NCBI GenBank assembly: GCA_051362555.1
Contig: CM120649.1
Location: 18,738,567 to 18,802,566, forward strand
Direction: 5' to 3'
Source: Lingula anatina
Taxonomy: Eukaryota; Animalia; Brachiopoda
DNA length: 64,000 nucleotides
Shown piece after piece: positions 52,140 to 64,000 of the stretch (its first letter is position 1; each line of letters opens with the position of its first letter). The position numbers were made by a program, and so were the translations under genes. Under the pieces are notes generated by a model. That model worked only from the letters and a program-made list of their open reading frames with translations. It had not been told where the DNA came from and did no database searches.

Positions 52140-52311
52140 AAACGAGCTACGACCGAATTACACCACCTAGCTGACAGGCGTAAATTTACGACCGACGTAA
52201 ACACTATTCCAGTTTGGTGCAACTGACTTTTCTCGGACGTAGCATTTTGCGCCCGGTTTACGCCAGCGCAACTGCTACGCCTCACTTACGACCGGTTGGT
52301 GCAACCGGGCC
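52140..52311. mobile_element. Partial TIR-element fragment between convergent EF-hand copies 3 and 4
   Basis: GC-richer block with repeated TACGACCG and TTGGTGCAAC motifs, ending in GGTGCAACCGGGCC, a Harbinger-MITE-like terminus; only one end seen. Confidence 0.4.
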
Positions 52312-52619
52312 ATGGACCTTGATTAATTTAATTTAATTTATTTGACTGGGGATGGGGGGGGGGGGGGATTCAATGTTACAAGAGAACAACAAAGTGATAT
52401 ATCTGCTAGATAGATTTTATTACAGAGGGATTTTTTTAACGTATAGGCGATTTACTGAACAAGTAAACATGTCATTAACAAGTAGTTTCTTATTACTAGT
52501 AATTGTAGTAGTAGGCAAAACACTAACGTATATCATCGGTAAAAAAGTCCATATCCATGCCTGTTGAAATTTCTAAAGCGCAGAAGCAGGTCAAGTCCGA
52601 TTTTATTATTTCATTTTAC

Positions 52620-53966
52620 CTACGGGCCGAAGAAAGGAGAATCTTTAGACTTATTGCAGAAATAGTCTAAAACTGCATTGACAAATTCAACCTTTTCCAC
52701 TTTGCCGTTCTTGTTTGCATCAGCTCCGGTGAAAGACGCCTTGAGGCCGGTAGGAGGAACGTGGAACATGCCAAAAGTCAGCCGGTACTCTGCTGAACTA
52801 AGCTCAACGTTGCGGTCCGAGTCGGACTCTTCAAAGACGCTTCTCGCCCAAATTCTAAGTTCCCTCTTCCTGTCCTCACTGGTACATAGTTTGCCGGCTC
52901 TCTTTACGAGATCATCAGAATCGATCCTCAGTCCTTCCTCGGGAACAGCGAACACGGCTTTCCATGCCTCGGTTACAGTGTCGGCAACTTCGGCAGCCGT
53001 TTCCTTGTCTAATGCGCTGTTTGCTTCCTGCACCGTCTCCCCAACGACTTCCGCTTTGCTCACTATGCCGTCCCTGTTTAGGTCGAAGAGGCGGGCGAAT
53101 CGCCGTAGTTTCGTAGCATATATAGCTGATGGCCCCTGGCATGATGAAAAACAGAATTAATTCCATAAAAAGGATAGGTTTTAAAAAGTAAGAGTAGTCA
53201 CAGATTATGACGTGTACTCTAAAATACCAGATGAGCTTTGAAATTTGCCACAACGAACAACTTAATTTGTTAAGGTCCAGTAAATGTGTATCACTGGAGA
53301 ACTAAAAAAAGTGACACATGTCAAGAATTACGAGTGATACATACTTTTTATATTGTTCTTATCATCGATACCTTCAACACTCAGGTGAATAACAACTATT
53401 GTGCTACCAGCAGCAAAACGTAAAGATTTATTCTCACAACTAAGACAGCAGTTGACGGTTTTTTTTATCTGTGACCTAAACGTATTCAAACAGAATTGAA
53501 GCTTCAACCAACTGTGAAGACAACTTTTCGCGAATCACGACCACAGGCCGAAAGCAGTCAGCTTGGTTAATCATTTGACTTTATGCTTTCTTGGCCATGC
53601 CAAAATGGTAACATAACCGTCTATTAAATGTGCCGTCCAAAACTCCATGCAACTACATCTCACAGGGTAGAGGTGACAAGGTTCGGTAGAATATGCAAAT
53701 GACAAATCAATCCAACAATGTTTTGTCGATATTGAATTAGTCGGCAACACCGCCAGCTAACCGTTGTTGAACATGTGACTTACCGCTGTTAGAGCGAGCA
53801 GTTTCTTACTGAGAAAGTCTTGAAACTCTCTCCTAAGGACCCTTTCGGACAGTGTTCCAAACTTTGGAGTCTTCTTCGTGAGCGTTTGTTTTCGGCGTTT
53901 TGCGTCCGTTAACAACAGGCAAGACCACAAAGCCAACAGCAGGAGAAACGGCTTGAAGCTGAACAT
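52620..53966 (-). CDS. Secreted SCP/aequorin-fold EF-hand protein, copy 4 (inverted; 232-aa prepro-protein)
   Basis: Exon 1 53966-53784 (MFSFKPFLLLLALWSCLLLTDA plus a basic propeptide); exon 2 53135-52620 (GPSAIYATKLRRFARLF-DLNRDGIVSKAE ... DANKNGKVEKVE ... DYFCNKSKDSPFFGP). Exon 2 is 516 nt with a phase-0 intron, as in copies 1 and 3. Confidence 0.88.
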
Positions 53967-54060
53967 CGTACTGGCGTGTGCTTCTCAGCTGGTAGACCGG
54001 AACAAGACGGAAGGTCTGCACGAAGACTGGTACAAATGCTGCACTGTGAGCCACACCCTG

Positions 54061-54068
54061 TTTATATA
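54061..54068 (-). promoter_or_regulatory. TATA box of EF-hand copy 4
   Basis: TATATAAA on the minus strand about 95 bp upstream of the ATG at 53966, just before the 5'UTR motif (gcatttg...gtgcag/gtgcgg) shared with the paralogs. Confidence 0.5.
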
Positions 54069-54389
54069 CAGACAGAGAGGTCTGCTACGCCCCCTGTCGT
54101 GCAAGAAGTTCTATTCGAGCAGTTCTCGCAACGGATGCGCCGCCAGCCAATCAAATCCATAGTTTGGCATCAATCCACGAAATAGTGTTTTCGCAAATTT
54201 CAAAAACTTGTCCGGACTGTTCGTTTTCTACACCACCCGTGTCACGAGACCCAAGTTGAGAACAGCTGGCTATAGTGCTGTCACAGACACATGACCATAA
54301 CAACCTGTCAACGTCCGTGGTTTCAGATGAGATCGCCACTTTCTGTTAGTGCGTGGGCGACACATATATACTCGTACTGGGCGTGGTCC

Positions 54390-54710
54390 ACAGCGTTCCA
54401 TTTGTTCCAGCCAACCCTTGTGTGCGGAAGTCCCATCCTGCTCCCGTCTCCCAGTTGACAAGCACATACTAGTAAACCTACCCATAACTTGGGGCGGAGC
54501 CAGAAATATTTTCTTACAGTCTTCCAAATCATCTTTGTTGATCCATCCTCCATTTTTGACCGTCTTCCGACAGAAAAAATTAGATAGGGGGCCTACCCGT
54601 CAATGTAAACTTGAAAATCTGACCGTCTTCCAGAAGGTCAGTTATTCGCTATTTCTCTTACGGTTGGCGTTGTGCACTCGACTTTTAGCGGACGCAAAAC
54701 CCCGAAAAAA
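54390..54710 (+). pseudogene. Relic exon 1 of a fifth EF-hand family copy, disrupted by a repeat insertion
   Basis: 5'UTR-like sequence acccttgtgtgcggaagt matches copies 1 and 3. A dispersed repeat (54491-54637) replaces the start codon, followed by a decayed signal exon VSYSLFLLRLALCTRLLADAKPRK. No exon 2 was found downstream. Confidence 0.7.
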
Positions 54711-56583
54711 TAGTTTTATTGAGAACGGAGCATGGTCTTTTTTCACCTGTTCTCTGTTTTTTTCTTCTTGTACGTGTATATATATTTCTTTTGTCCAGTC
54801 AAAAAAAAAAAAAAAAAAAGTATCGCTTCGGATTGCGAAACGTTATTAATTGCGAAATTAATTGACCCGACCATTTATTTTTTTTTCAAAATAAATATGC
54901 ATCCAGCCCCCCTCCCTCCCACACCACCAGCACACCCTTCGATTCTCCAAAACCTATCACAATCGGCGAGCGGTGCATATCCTTTTTTTCACTTGCTTTT
55001 ATTCTGACAAATCTAACTCGAAAAAATATATCTATTAAAGCGAAAAACTATATCTACTGACCAGATAACAAGGTGGAGAAATTTCCCCAGCTTCCCTTCA
55101 CACCTCTGTGAAAAATGAAACAATTCTTCGCATTTTATAACACTGAGCGTATGCGGAGGTCTTGTTTTCGCCTTAGCGTGCTTCAGTTTTTAGTATTATA
55201 GATAAAATAATAATAATAATTGGGAACTGACCCGCCCTACATAATTTCTTCTCAAAAATCACAACAGGCATTTTGATGTCTTTTGTATGTCGTTACAGCA
55301 AACTCTACGTATACCAATTACATTATCTTTCCCAGGTTTTTAGGTTCGGTGAAACAGGTCTTACGTTGCGGTTTTTGTTGTTTCTCGCGTCATGGTGGTA
55401 TGAAATTTCAAAGTAAATCTTATCTGAACACATAAAACGTGTTTTTAACCACTTTAGAATCTTGATCACGATAATCACGTCGATGTGCACTACAGAAATA
55501 TAACGTCACCATAGGATATCATTAACTGTGAAAAGGCCTGCACCCCCCCCCCCCCTGCATCCACGACGAATATTCAAAAGTGGCTTTCTCCATGATTTCA
55601 ATTGTTTTATTCGGTATAAATAATATTTTTAAAAAAATCAGTTCGACAGTGATAAAATACGTTCTTGCAGATAAGAATATTTATTGCGTAATGGCAATCA
55701 AGCTTCTCACAACCTTCCAATCTTTGAATCATTAATCTAATTTCCTTTTTCTTCACTTTAAGTGTGCATATATTATATAGGTTACATTAATTATAAAATG
55801 TGAAGCAGCATGTGAATCAACATGTGAAATAGCATGATGAATATCACTGTACTGAGGAACGATATGTGAAACAGGTTCTTGATTAAACCATGACCTGCAT
55901 GTGTTTAATCTGTAATAATTACGACAACAACTTTATCACATTGTGTATTCTCTGATGCATCTCATGAGTCTAATGACCTCGTAGACTATCTCCTTCACGT
56001 GTCAGTCTACCTTACTTGAGACCGTCTGTGGGTTCATATGTACTTGTATTTGGTATCACGCGTATTCTTTGCATTTTTCATCGTATTTTAAAATAACAAT
56101 CTTAACAAAAAATCCCACTGTTGACAAACAAAAATTTTGCCATTTTACCCTGTTTCAGTATAAAACTGTTCTTAATTGACTGCCTTTTTGGTTATTAGCT
56201 CCATTCCGTATCAGTTATTTTGTTCAAAACCGCCCTCCGAAATAAATCACATACTGCCTGTTATAATCCTGCCTCTTTTCGTCTTCAATTCAAAATCTTT
56301 GGCATTTCTTTTAAACCTTCTCTAATTTCGTCAATCTAAGTCATAATCGAACTTGACACCAAGCAGTTAGGACAGTTGTCACCGTCTTCTCTTGTTTACT
56401 GAAATGTTTGCGCACGTGTGATAAGTTTGGAAGGCTATCGATAGATGGCAGCAAAAAGCTCTCCTGATTCGCTGTAGTGCTTAAGTGAGGACGTCCTAGA
56501 ACTCTTCTTGCTCAGTTCTACCGGGGGTATATATATATTATTCTGGCATCATTTGTCAGATGTCCATTTTGTGTTTTCTGCTG

Positions 56584-57092
56584 TCAGCTGTGGTTGAGGT
56601 TCTCTCTTTCCGGTGTGGACGATTCTGAGGACAGCTCTGTATTTATTGTAAGCTTTCTGGAATGAATTGAGGAAGGTGTGCTTTAGTATCATAGAAAAAA
56701 TGACCAACTCATTGTTTTGTTTAAATAAGAAAGTAATAAATTGCTATTTGCTCGGATGCATTCAAATGACTGACTTTTTATGTTTATTTCACTTGAGAAT
56801 TATGTCAAGTACACGAGAAAAAAAAAAGCAACACGTAAAAATAACAAGATCAATTTACAAAGTTATAAAGTAGTCAAACTTGCTTCATGTCAAGTTATTC
56901 CTTTCTGTCTTCATCCATATTAATTATTTCTAAGATGACAGGCAAGAATTTTCATGGGCAACATACTGTCAAATATCTTCTTCATAAAACGGTGAAATTG
57001 ACTGAGTGAAAAGCAATCAAGAAAAACAGCAGGTTTTGCAGAGATGTAGCTTTACATGACTACTCTCTCTCTCCCTCTCTCTCTCTCACTCA

Positions 57093-57132
<40 letters not shown>

Positions 57133-58970
57133 AAAGCTAGTGATCACCAGTCTAAACAAGACAAGAACAGGTTGTCACTGGTTATGACTTTGTAGGAAAT
57201 TATAGCTATCTGTGTGGATATTAAACTGTCCAGACCAGTTTTCGAAATGTACAAAATGTGTGAAAGTAATATTTCACATATAAGTATCAAATTATAGTCT
57301 TGATTGGCTAGCAGCACCAAAATATATAGTGAGAACTGCTCTAATTGTGGTTCAAGCAGGGTAGGGGAGTGGGTGCAGCTGTATATGAGAAAATAATCTT
57401 GCATATAAATCAATGTGATTTAAGTGAGGGTGTAGGAAACTGATACACTGCCATTTCTGAATAGATATTAAATAGAGATAGCAATTGTTTGGGGACAAGT
57501 GCCACAGGATTGGGAAGTTTTTTTTTCTGATTTCTAAACCTAAACACAATGGCTGCTATAAGCAAGCAACATAGGTTTCATTAAAATTGTTTCATATTAA
57601 TGATAAAGGTGCAAGGTGAATCACAGATGAAAAGATTGAACTTACCAACACGTGGCATTCATGCAATTTCACTTACAGAGTCTACTTTACCATGCCTACG
57701 GAATAACAGTACACAACAACAAGTAAAATAGGAGGTAGACAACTACAAGGAGATGAAGAATTGTGCTGCGTTCACTATGCCTTTTACCCTTCCTTTAGGT
57801 CACACCAAACACAATGTCACATCTAACACAATGTCACATCTAACACACTGACGTCACAAATAACATAATTACGTCACACCTAACACGCTGCCGTCACACT
57901 TAACACAATGTTGTCACAACTAACTCACTGGTGTCACACTTAAAACAGTGTCACAACTAAAACAATGCTGACACATCAAACGAACTGATGCGACACTTAA
58001 CACAATGTTTCTAGAACTAACTCACTGATGCAATCTTTAATACAATGCTGTCACACCCAACACAATGTTGTCACATCTAACACACTGATGTGAGATAATA
58101 CACAGCACTCAAGGCAGGGTATATGTCTGTGTGTATCCTTACCTAGCTTCTATCCTGGCACATCTGGGGCACTTGCCTGGGATATAGCACCCTTTGTGGA
58201 AACAAGCACTGCAGGCTGTGTGAAAAATATTATACAATTAAATATTACATCATACATATCTGATTTATAAATATTCTAGATATTCTTCTTCATATACAAA
58301 ATGGTTTATGATTGACTGTAGTTCACTTTCACACATTATGTTTACTTTAAAGTTTTCAGTTGATAATTTTCAGAAATCTGAATTTTTTTTTTTTGTTTGT
58401 TTTACAAATAATTTTTTGCCTTTTATTTTTAACACTCAAATTTTTCGCAACTGAACATTCATTTGCCATTTATTCACCACATCATACAGGATTTTCAATC
58501 CGACAGCACTTACATGGGCAGTTTTCAACTTTATGCAGCTCAAATGGGAAAATGACATCTTGACGGTTGTTGCAAAACTCACAGAAGAAACCCTTGGCTT
58601 GGCAGAGCTAGATAACAAAATAAATAAATAAAAATTAATAAAAATATCATTTTCCATACTACCTATTTTCATATAATAGTCACATATTAAAATCTTAAAT
58701 CTGGGCATGTGAGGTCTGATAAAACATGATTTTGACCAATGACAAAATCACCAAACATGAGACTGAAAAAAAAAAAAGAGAAATCACTGATTTTATGAAC
58801 AATCAGAAATAGTACTATAATAATAATTTTTAAAAGAATTAGATGACAACAATGTTGGATGGCAGCAGAGTTGTAACTTATGATGTTTTCTTGGAGGTCA
58901 CTGACATTCAGGTGTTAAATCATATAACAAAACAACCACAGACTGGCTGGCTGAGGTCAGCCAGACAATG

Positions 58971-59049
<79 letters not shown>

Positions 59050-62000
59050 ACTCACAGGACAGTCTCTTGTATGTTCATAGCACTTAGTGACCAGTTTCTT
59101 CAGAAGATCGTACATCTCACCAGACCTCACCTGACAAAGCAAACAAAATCAAAATTTTAGAAAAGAAAAAAACTTAAGCAAACTTAAGCTTCTGTGTCTT
59201 ATCAGCTGGTCTTCTTTCAAACACATAAAATATGACAATGTGTCAGTGCTATATAACAACTTATAATCACAACTTATTGTATTATATATAGTGGACAGGA
59301 CACCAAGAGTATTGGCACCAGCATCCCATACTGAGACTGTGATATTACAACTCTCTGCAGAGACAGCAAGTTGAGCTGTCTCAAATTGACTGAATGCGTT
59401 ATGTACGTATTACCTGTTTTCATGGTAACCTACCTTAATCAGGTCAGCTATGGAGTAGACATGGACGTCGTCAAGCCAACTGGATGGAAGGGACTCCAAT
59501 TCAGCAAACAAGCTGAAATAATAATAATAATAATAATAAACAAACAAATAAAATAAAAAGAAAGAAAACAAATATGTGTATAAAATATTAATAGCAACTA
59601 CAGCAATAATAATAACATATAGAAAAATTTCACAATAAAATCACTGTGTACAAATTACTAATTATAACTAACTTTAAGTTAGAAAGCTACTCTCATCTTT
59701 CTAACGCTTACCTTTGCCCTAAGCGGCAAGTTTTGACAAACCGCCTAAAATGAAACAGCTGCCTCCGGAACTCCTTGACAGTGTCTAACGCCTTCACTCT
59801 CCTGTACAGCGTGGGGTTAATGTCCTGAATACTGAACAGGGGATCAGTGTGCATCTTCTGGAGGAGGTCTCGGGAGAAATTGGAGACTGGGTACTTAGTG
59901 AAGTCCCATTTGCGCAGGATTCGTCCAGGAATGTATGTTATTGCGCTGCTATGGCAACACTGGCAGAAGTACTTGCCCAGGTACTCGCAGTAGCGATAGC
60001 GTTTGATGTAACCTGAGGGAGATGAAAAAATTGAATTTGCCAATCATAAAATTTGAATTAATTTTTTTCAAAAACATAAGTCATCTTCAAAACTTAATCC
60101 ACCTACTGGTATTGATGTATTTCAACCAACTTGTCAGTATTATTTGCAAAATATTTGTTTAAAGAAAAAAATGTAAATAAGAAATTATGTTAAATTTATT
60201 TGCAACTTATACACTAGACACATCTAGTGACAATGTATTATATAAACATAAAAACAGTTCACTTTATAATAAGATTATGAAGTTAATATAATTCAATTTG
60301 CTTGGGGTAACTGCAATTTTACCAAAAGAAAAAATAAAGAGAAGAAATAGAACAGAAAAATATTACCAGTTTCCACCTTGGTACCACATCCAGCACATCT
60401 GTAGTTTTGTTTGGCAATCAGCACCTTCCTCCTGAAACAATATCAGTTTATCATCAGAGAGGTGTCACCACCTACTGGACATGTACCACCAGCTGGTGTG
60501 GCTCTTCAAAGGGGTAACAGAAAACAGAGATAGGTGAAAAGTTGTGAAGGTTAGTTTTAACTTTGCTATGGCTGACGCAACCACTGAAATTTTTTCCATA
60601 TTCATAAATTTCTTTTTGTTTCTTTTTTTCCAACCCAAGCAAAAGAGAAAGAAAGCTTTCATCTAATTCAGTGACTGACACTGCTAAGATAACTGTTTAA
60701 GACACATTTTTTCAACAAAGTAAACATATCTAACAAACAGTACTGCAATAAACTTACAACCATATATTGTAAAACACAACAGCCTCAATCTAACACATCT
60801 AACAAAATTGCAACCAGTACGATCTCATCCAACACAATCTCAACTAGCACAATCTCCACCAACACAATTTACACTATGAGCACCTACTTTGGTGTTGGGT
60901 GGATGTTGAAAATAATCTGTGGTCTGGGTGGAGCCCACTCAAAGTTGCCACGGAGACGAGTCTGAAAAAATCAAACTTCAGATTTTATTTTTACAGTCAC
61001 AGACACTTGTACTTGTGATTGAATTGTAGACGAGGAAGAAGTAAACACAAAGCTTCAGATTTGAAAGACATCTTGACAGTAAACAGTCACTTATCACAAA
61101 CTTAGCTCAGACAGTACAGTGAAATCAAGGATTTATCTTACCTAACTGCAGAGAGTTGTTGTTATATATAAATCAACCAAGGTGAATTAACAAAACTGCA
61201 GTAAAGATAAAGCAGTAGGCACATCACAGGTTAATAATCCACAACTCATAAATGGCAGCGATAGTCAGTGTTTTCAATATGACCAAGAAAGGTTTTGAAT
61301 GATAAAGAAACAAACAAACAAACAAACTAACAAACAAACAAACTAAATAAATAAAATGGCTTTGTGTTTCTCTTAAATTGACTACAAATTTTCCTTCATG
61401 CATCAAAATAAAAAATATTACTCACAGACTGTGCAGATGAATTCTGTCTTTTCAAAATGAGGAGATTTTCACTGTCATCTGGAGAAATGGGCAGAGAATC
61501 TGGCAGCGGCAGCAGCTACAAGTGAGACAGAGAATTCAATTATAACTTACAACTTTCACATATAAAATTTATCCTGAATTTCAATTCTGTTCTCTTTTGC
61601 TTATCTGATTCCCCTCAACCTGTGAACAGCTGTTTCAGAAATAAATACACAAAAAATTAATACCAATATAATTACTTCCAAAATCCACAATGCATTCACC
61701 TAACTAAATAATATCTGATTTTACCTCAGAAGTGAAAAACTGCAGATTGCATTTGAATAAATTGAGATCTAATCAGTACAAATATCAATATCAAGGTTAT
61801 TCCAGGACAGTCTCATACAGCACTGCCCCCTATGGACCAACATGCACACTAACGAACCTTCTGTGGTACATCCTGTTCTGAGACCAGCCATTCCAGATCA
61901 GACGCCTTGGGGAGCTGGTGTTCTGAGAACCTCTTCAATAGAGCAATAGCCACAGACTCGGCAGATAAATTGCCAGAATTCCCACTCTGGTTGAAATTGC

Positions 62001-63158
62001 TACTCTCATTGCCTGAACTGAAACATTATAAATACTATCACTATGAAGAAACAATATTGTGAAGACAAAATTTGTTGAATATCTGAATCAAAGGGTGAAA
62101 ACTCTTTATTTTCAAGAAATATTGTAAATAATTGTAATCACTACATTCTTAGGATTATAAAAGTCATAAGATGAAATTCATCATTTTATTGTCTTTTCTT
62201 TTGTGAATATATTTTGTTTTGTAAATAAAATGTAAGAGGGAAAGGTGATTCCAATCTATCTTACCTTTGTGAGTCAAATTTAACTTGACTATTGGCCTTT
62301 TGAAGTTCTGCATCTGGAGATCGAGAGAAAACTTAACATTGGATACATCATTATACTTACTAAAACACACCTGTAATTCTGTCACTTTTCTTTAAAATGT
62401 TTCTTTTTCATTGCATTTCTAATGCTTAGACCTACTGCACTATAGTCAAAGATGTTAAGCACTGATGCAATAAGTTTAAATTTGACCTAATAGCACATTA
62501 ACTGAATATCCAAAAGCAATTTAGGTATATTTAAAATATTTTGATGTCAACAAACTATCTCTATGACTACAGTAGCAGGCATATATAGCAAAAACCTTTG
62601 ATTCAAGGTTATGGTTTACAGGGTCTAAAGCAATTTTCTTTCTTTCTCTCAACAATATGACCATTTCATAATAAAGAACTAACAACATGCAAACAATTTC
62701 CACTTTTGTTATGTTCAGTAATCATGAACATATCAGGTATCTACAAGTACATTTAATTATTTGAGCCTTATAATCACAAATATCACAAACATCTGTTAAA
62801 TGTACGGTTACTTTTCTTTATCAGTAATTCAAGCCAGTTAGAAAACCGGCCTGTAGTCTGAGAACAGCACTTGGTCTTACCTTGGTGGCTCAGCGACCTC
62901 CATCCTTGTGCATGTTGTTGGTGTTTAAAGTTATTTTAAGATATTTTCATAAAATATATGCCATTTATACTGATGATGGGAGGAAGTGAATACCAGCTAT
63001 TACTAAGAAAATAAAGGCATGTTGTTTTTTTCTGACCAAGTACTTTTCTCGATGACGTAGGTTTACTAAAAACCTACCATTATAAAGTGAAGCCATTGAG
63101 AGGGACAGGCAGCTATTTTGGAGAGATGCCAGGTTGGAGGACTCTTGTGGAGAAGAGT
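56584..63158 (-). CDS. RUBCN: Rubicon (RUN domain Beclin-1-interacting cysteine-rich protein), 3' part with the Rubicon-homology domain; 5' exons not found and probably beyond the window end
   Basis: Phase-consistent exons 63158-63078, 62313-62265, 62017-61858, 61515-61426, 60961-60888, 60431-60367, 60012-59712, 59512-59434, 59130-59056, 58607-58514, 58215-58143, 56656-56584. They encode [104 protein letters not shown], hallmark Rubicon sequence. Confidence 0.93.
57808..58090. repeat. Degenerate ~17-20-bp minisatellite (AACACAATG(NNN)TCACA(T/C)CT) in the last RUBCN intron
   Basis: About 14 diverged units visible. Confidence 0.75.
58973..59045. repeat. Compound (GT)n(GA)n microsatellite in a RUBCN intron
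   Basis: Directly visible. Similar simple repeats lie at about 34263-34310, 37165-37315, 39757-39805 and 57062-57131. Confidence 0.9.
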
Positions 63159-64000
63159 CTGTAAGCAAATAATTACCAGAATTAATCCATTCTAATACAA
63201 TTCATTTGATGTCATCAATTTATTCATTGAAATTCAACCCTTTCGGTCCAGATGTAAGATGATTTCATTCCAAATTCAATAAAATTTTGTTTGATTTTAG
63301 ATTCTAACTCAAATTTGTGAATTTTGGACAAATGGTGGAAATAACACTTCTTTTATGATGTCATTCCCTTTTTATCATTTTAAGTTAGGAATTTACACCT
63401 GGACTTTGATTGGGCTAAATTTGCATCAATTAATAAAAAAAAAAATAAAGATTGATAAAGAAAATATGTATTTCATAATGCAATGAACACAGTTCATAAA
63501 GAGTAATAAGCAGCACCACTATCCCAACTATATACTATAAACATGACTTGTAACATACACAACATTATACCAGGCTACATTCACAACGGAACAGACAAGA
63601 CATGGTCTACATCACATCACCCTGATCACATCCAGAGTAGTTTATTCCGTGTCAAAAACTTTTAACCCCACTGGCCCTTCAAGCCACCAGGGTCTGTAAG
63701 AATGTAATGGTCAAAAGCAAAAACTGTGGAAATTATCTGAAGAAATTTTCAATTTTTGTGGCCCATCAGGTATCTTCAATTTTACTGTCATTTGGCAGCC
63801 AGAGCTCATGTAATGGACTGTTTCTATGCCACATGTTATCAGCAATCTGGCCATATGGTCATGTAATTTAGACCACATATCTGGTTTGTGTTTTATCTTA
63901 GTTCTGCTGTGAACATGACCATAAAGCTGAAGACTCTAACACTGCCATACGACTCTAAACATACTGGTATTCACAAAAATACACTAAAAGCAAAAGGGCA

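Noticed and set aside
43568-53253. Antisense ORFs over the EF-hand exons (43568-43924, 47900-48284, 50835-51278, 52678-53160)
   Set aside because: Shadow frames of the true coding strand, with no independent motifs.
42669-53966. Calling the cluster aequorin-type photoproteins, calmodulins or CREC-family (calumenin/reticulocalbin) proteins
   Set aside because: The photoprotein His/Trp/Tyr residues appear absent; spacing, the dead EF2 and the FG-x terminus fit SCP rather than calmodulin; there are only four EF-hand positions and no HDEL/HDEF-type tail.
57808-58090. Regularly spaced repeats resembling a CRISPR array
   Set aside because: Eukaryotic intron, degenerate units without unique spacers, no cas genes: a minisatellite.

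Overview
AT-rich, intron-rich animal genomic DNA, probably an invertebrate and possibly an echinoderm or hemichordate (inference only). From left to right it holds five things. (1) The first coding exon of CASK/LIN-2 on the minus strand, with a >16 kb repeat-rich first intron running off the window start. (2) Head-to-head with CASK, a 10-exon, 566-aa secreted mosaic lectin: signal peptide, PAN/apple, EGF, bulb-type mannose lectin, divergent fibrinogen-like domain. (3) A 564-aa Ser/Arg-rich disordered protein encoded by a single exon. (4) A ~12 kb birth-and-death cluster of two-exon genes. Each joins a conserved signal-peptide/propeptide exon to an intronless SCP/aequorin-fold EF-hand domain; there are three intact copies, one pseudogene with two lesions and one or two exon-1 relics. 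(5) The 3' part of a Rubicon (RUBCN) gene. The strongest candidate for an undescribed system is the secreted prepro-SCP/photoprotein-fold cluster, because this fold is classically cytosolic. Several MITE families with readable target-site duplications are present, including 28-29 bp TIR-only elements. All gene models were built by hand from splice sites and reading frames, and family calls are from remembered sequences; no database searches were run.
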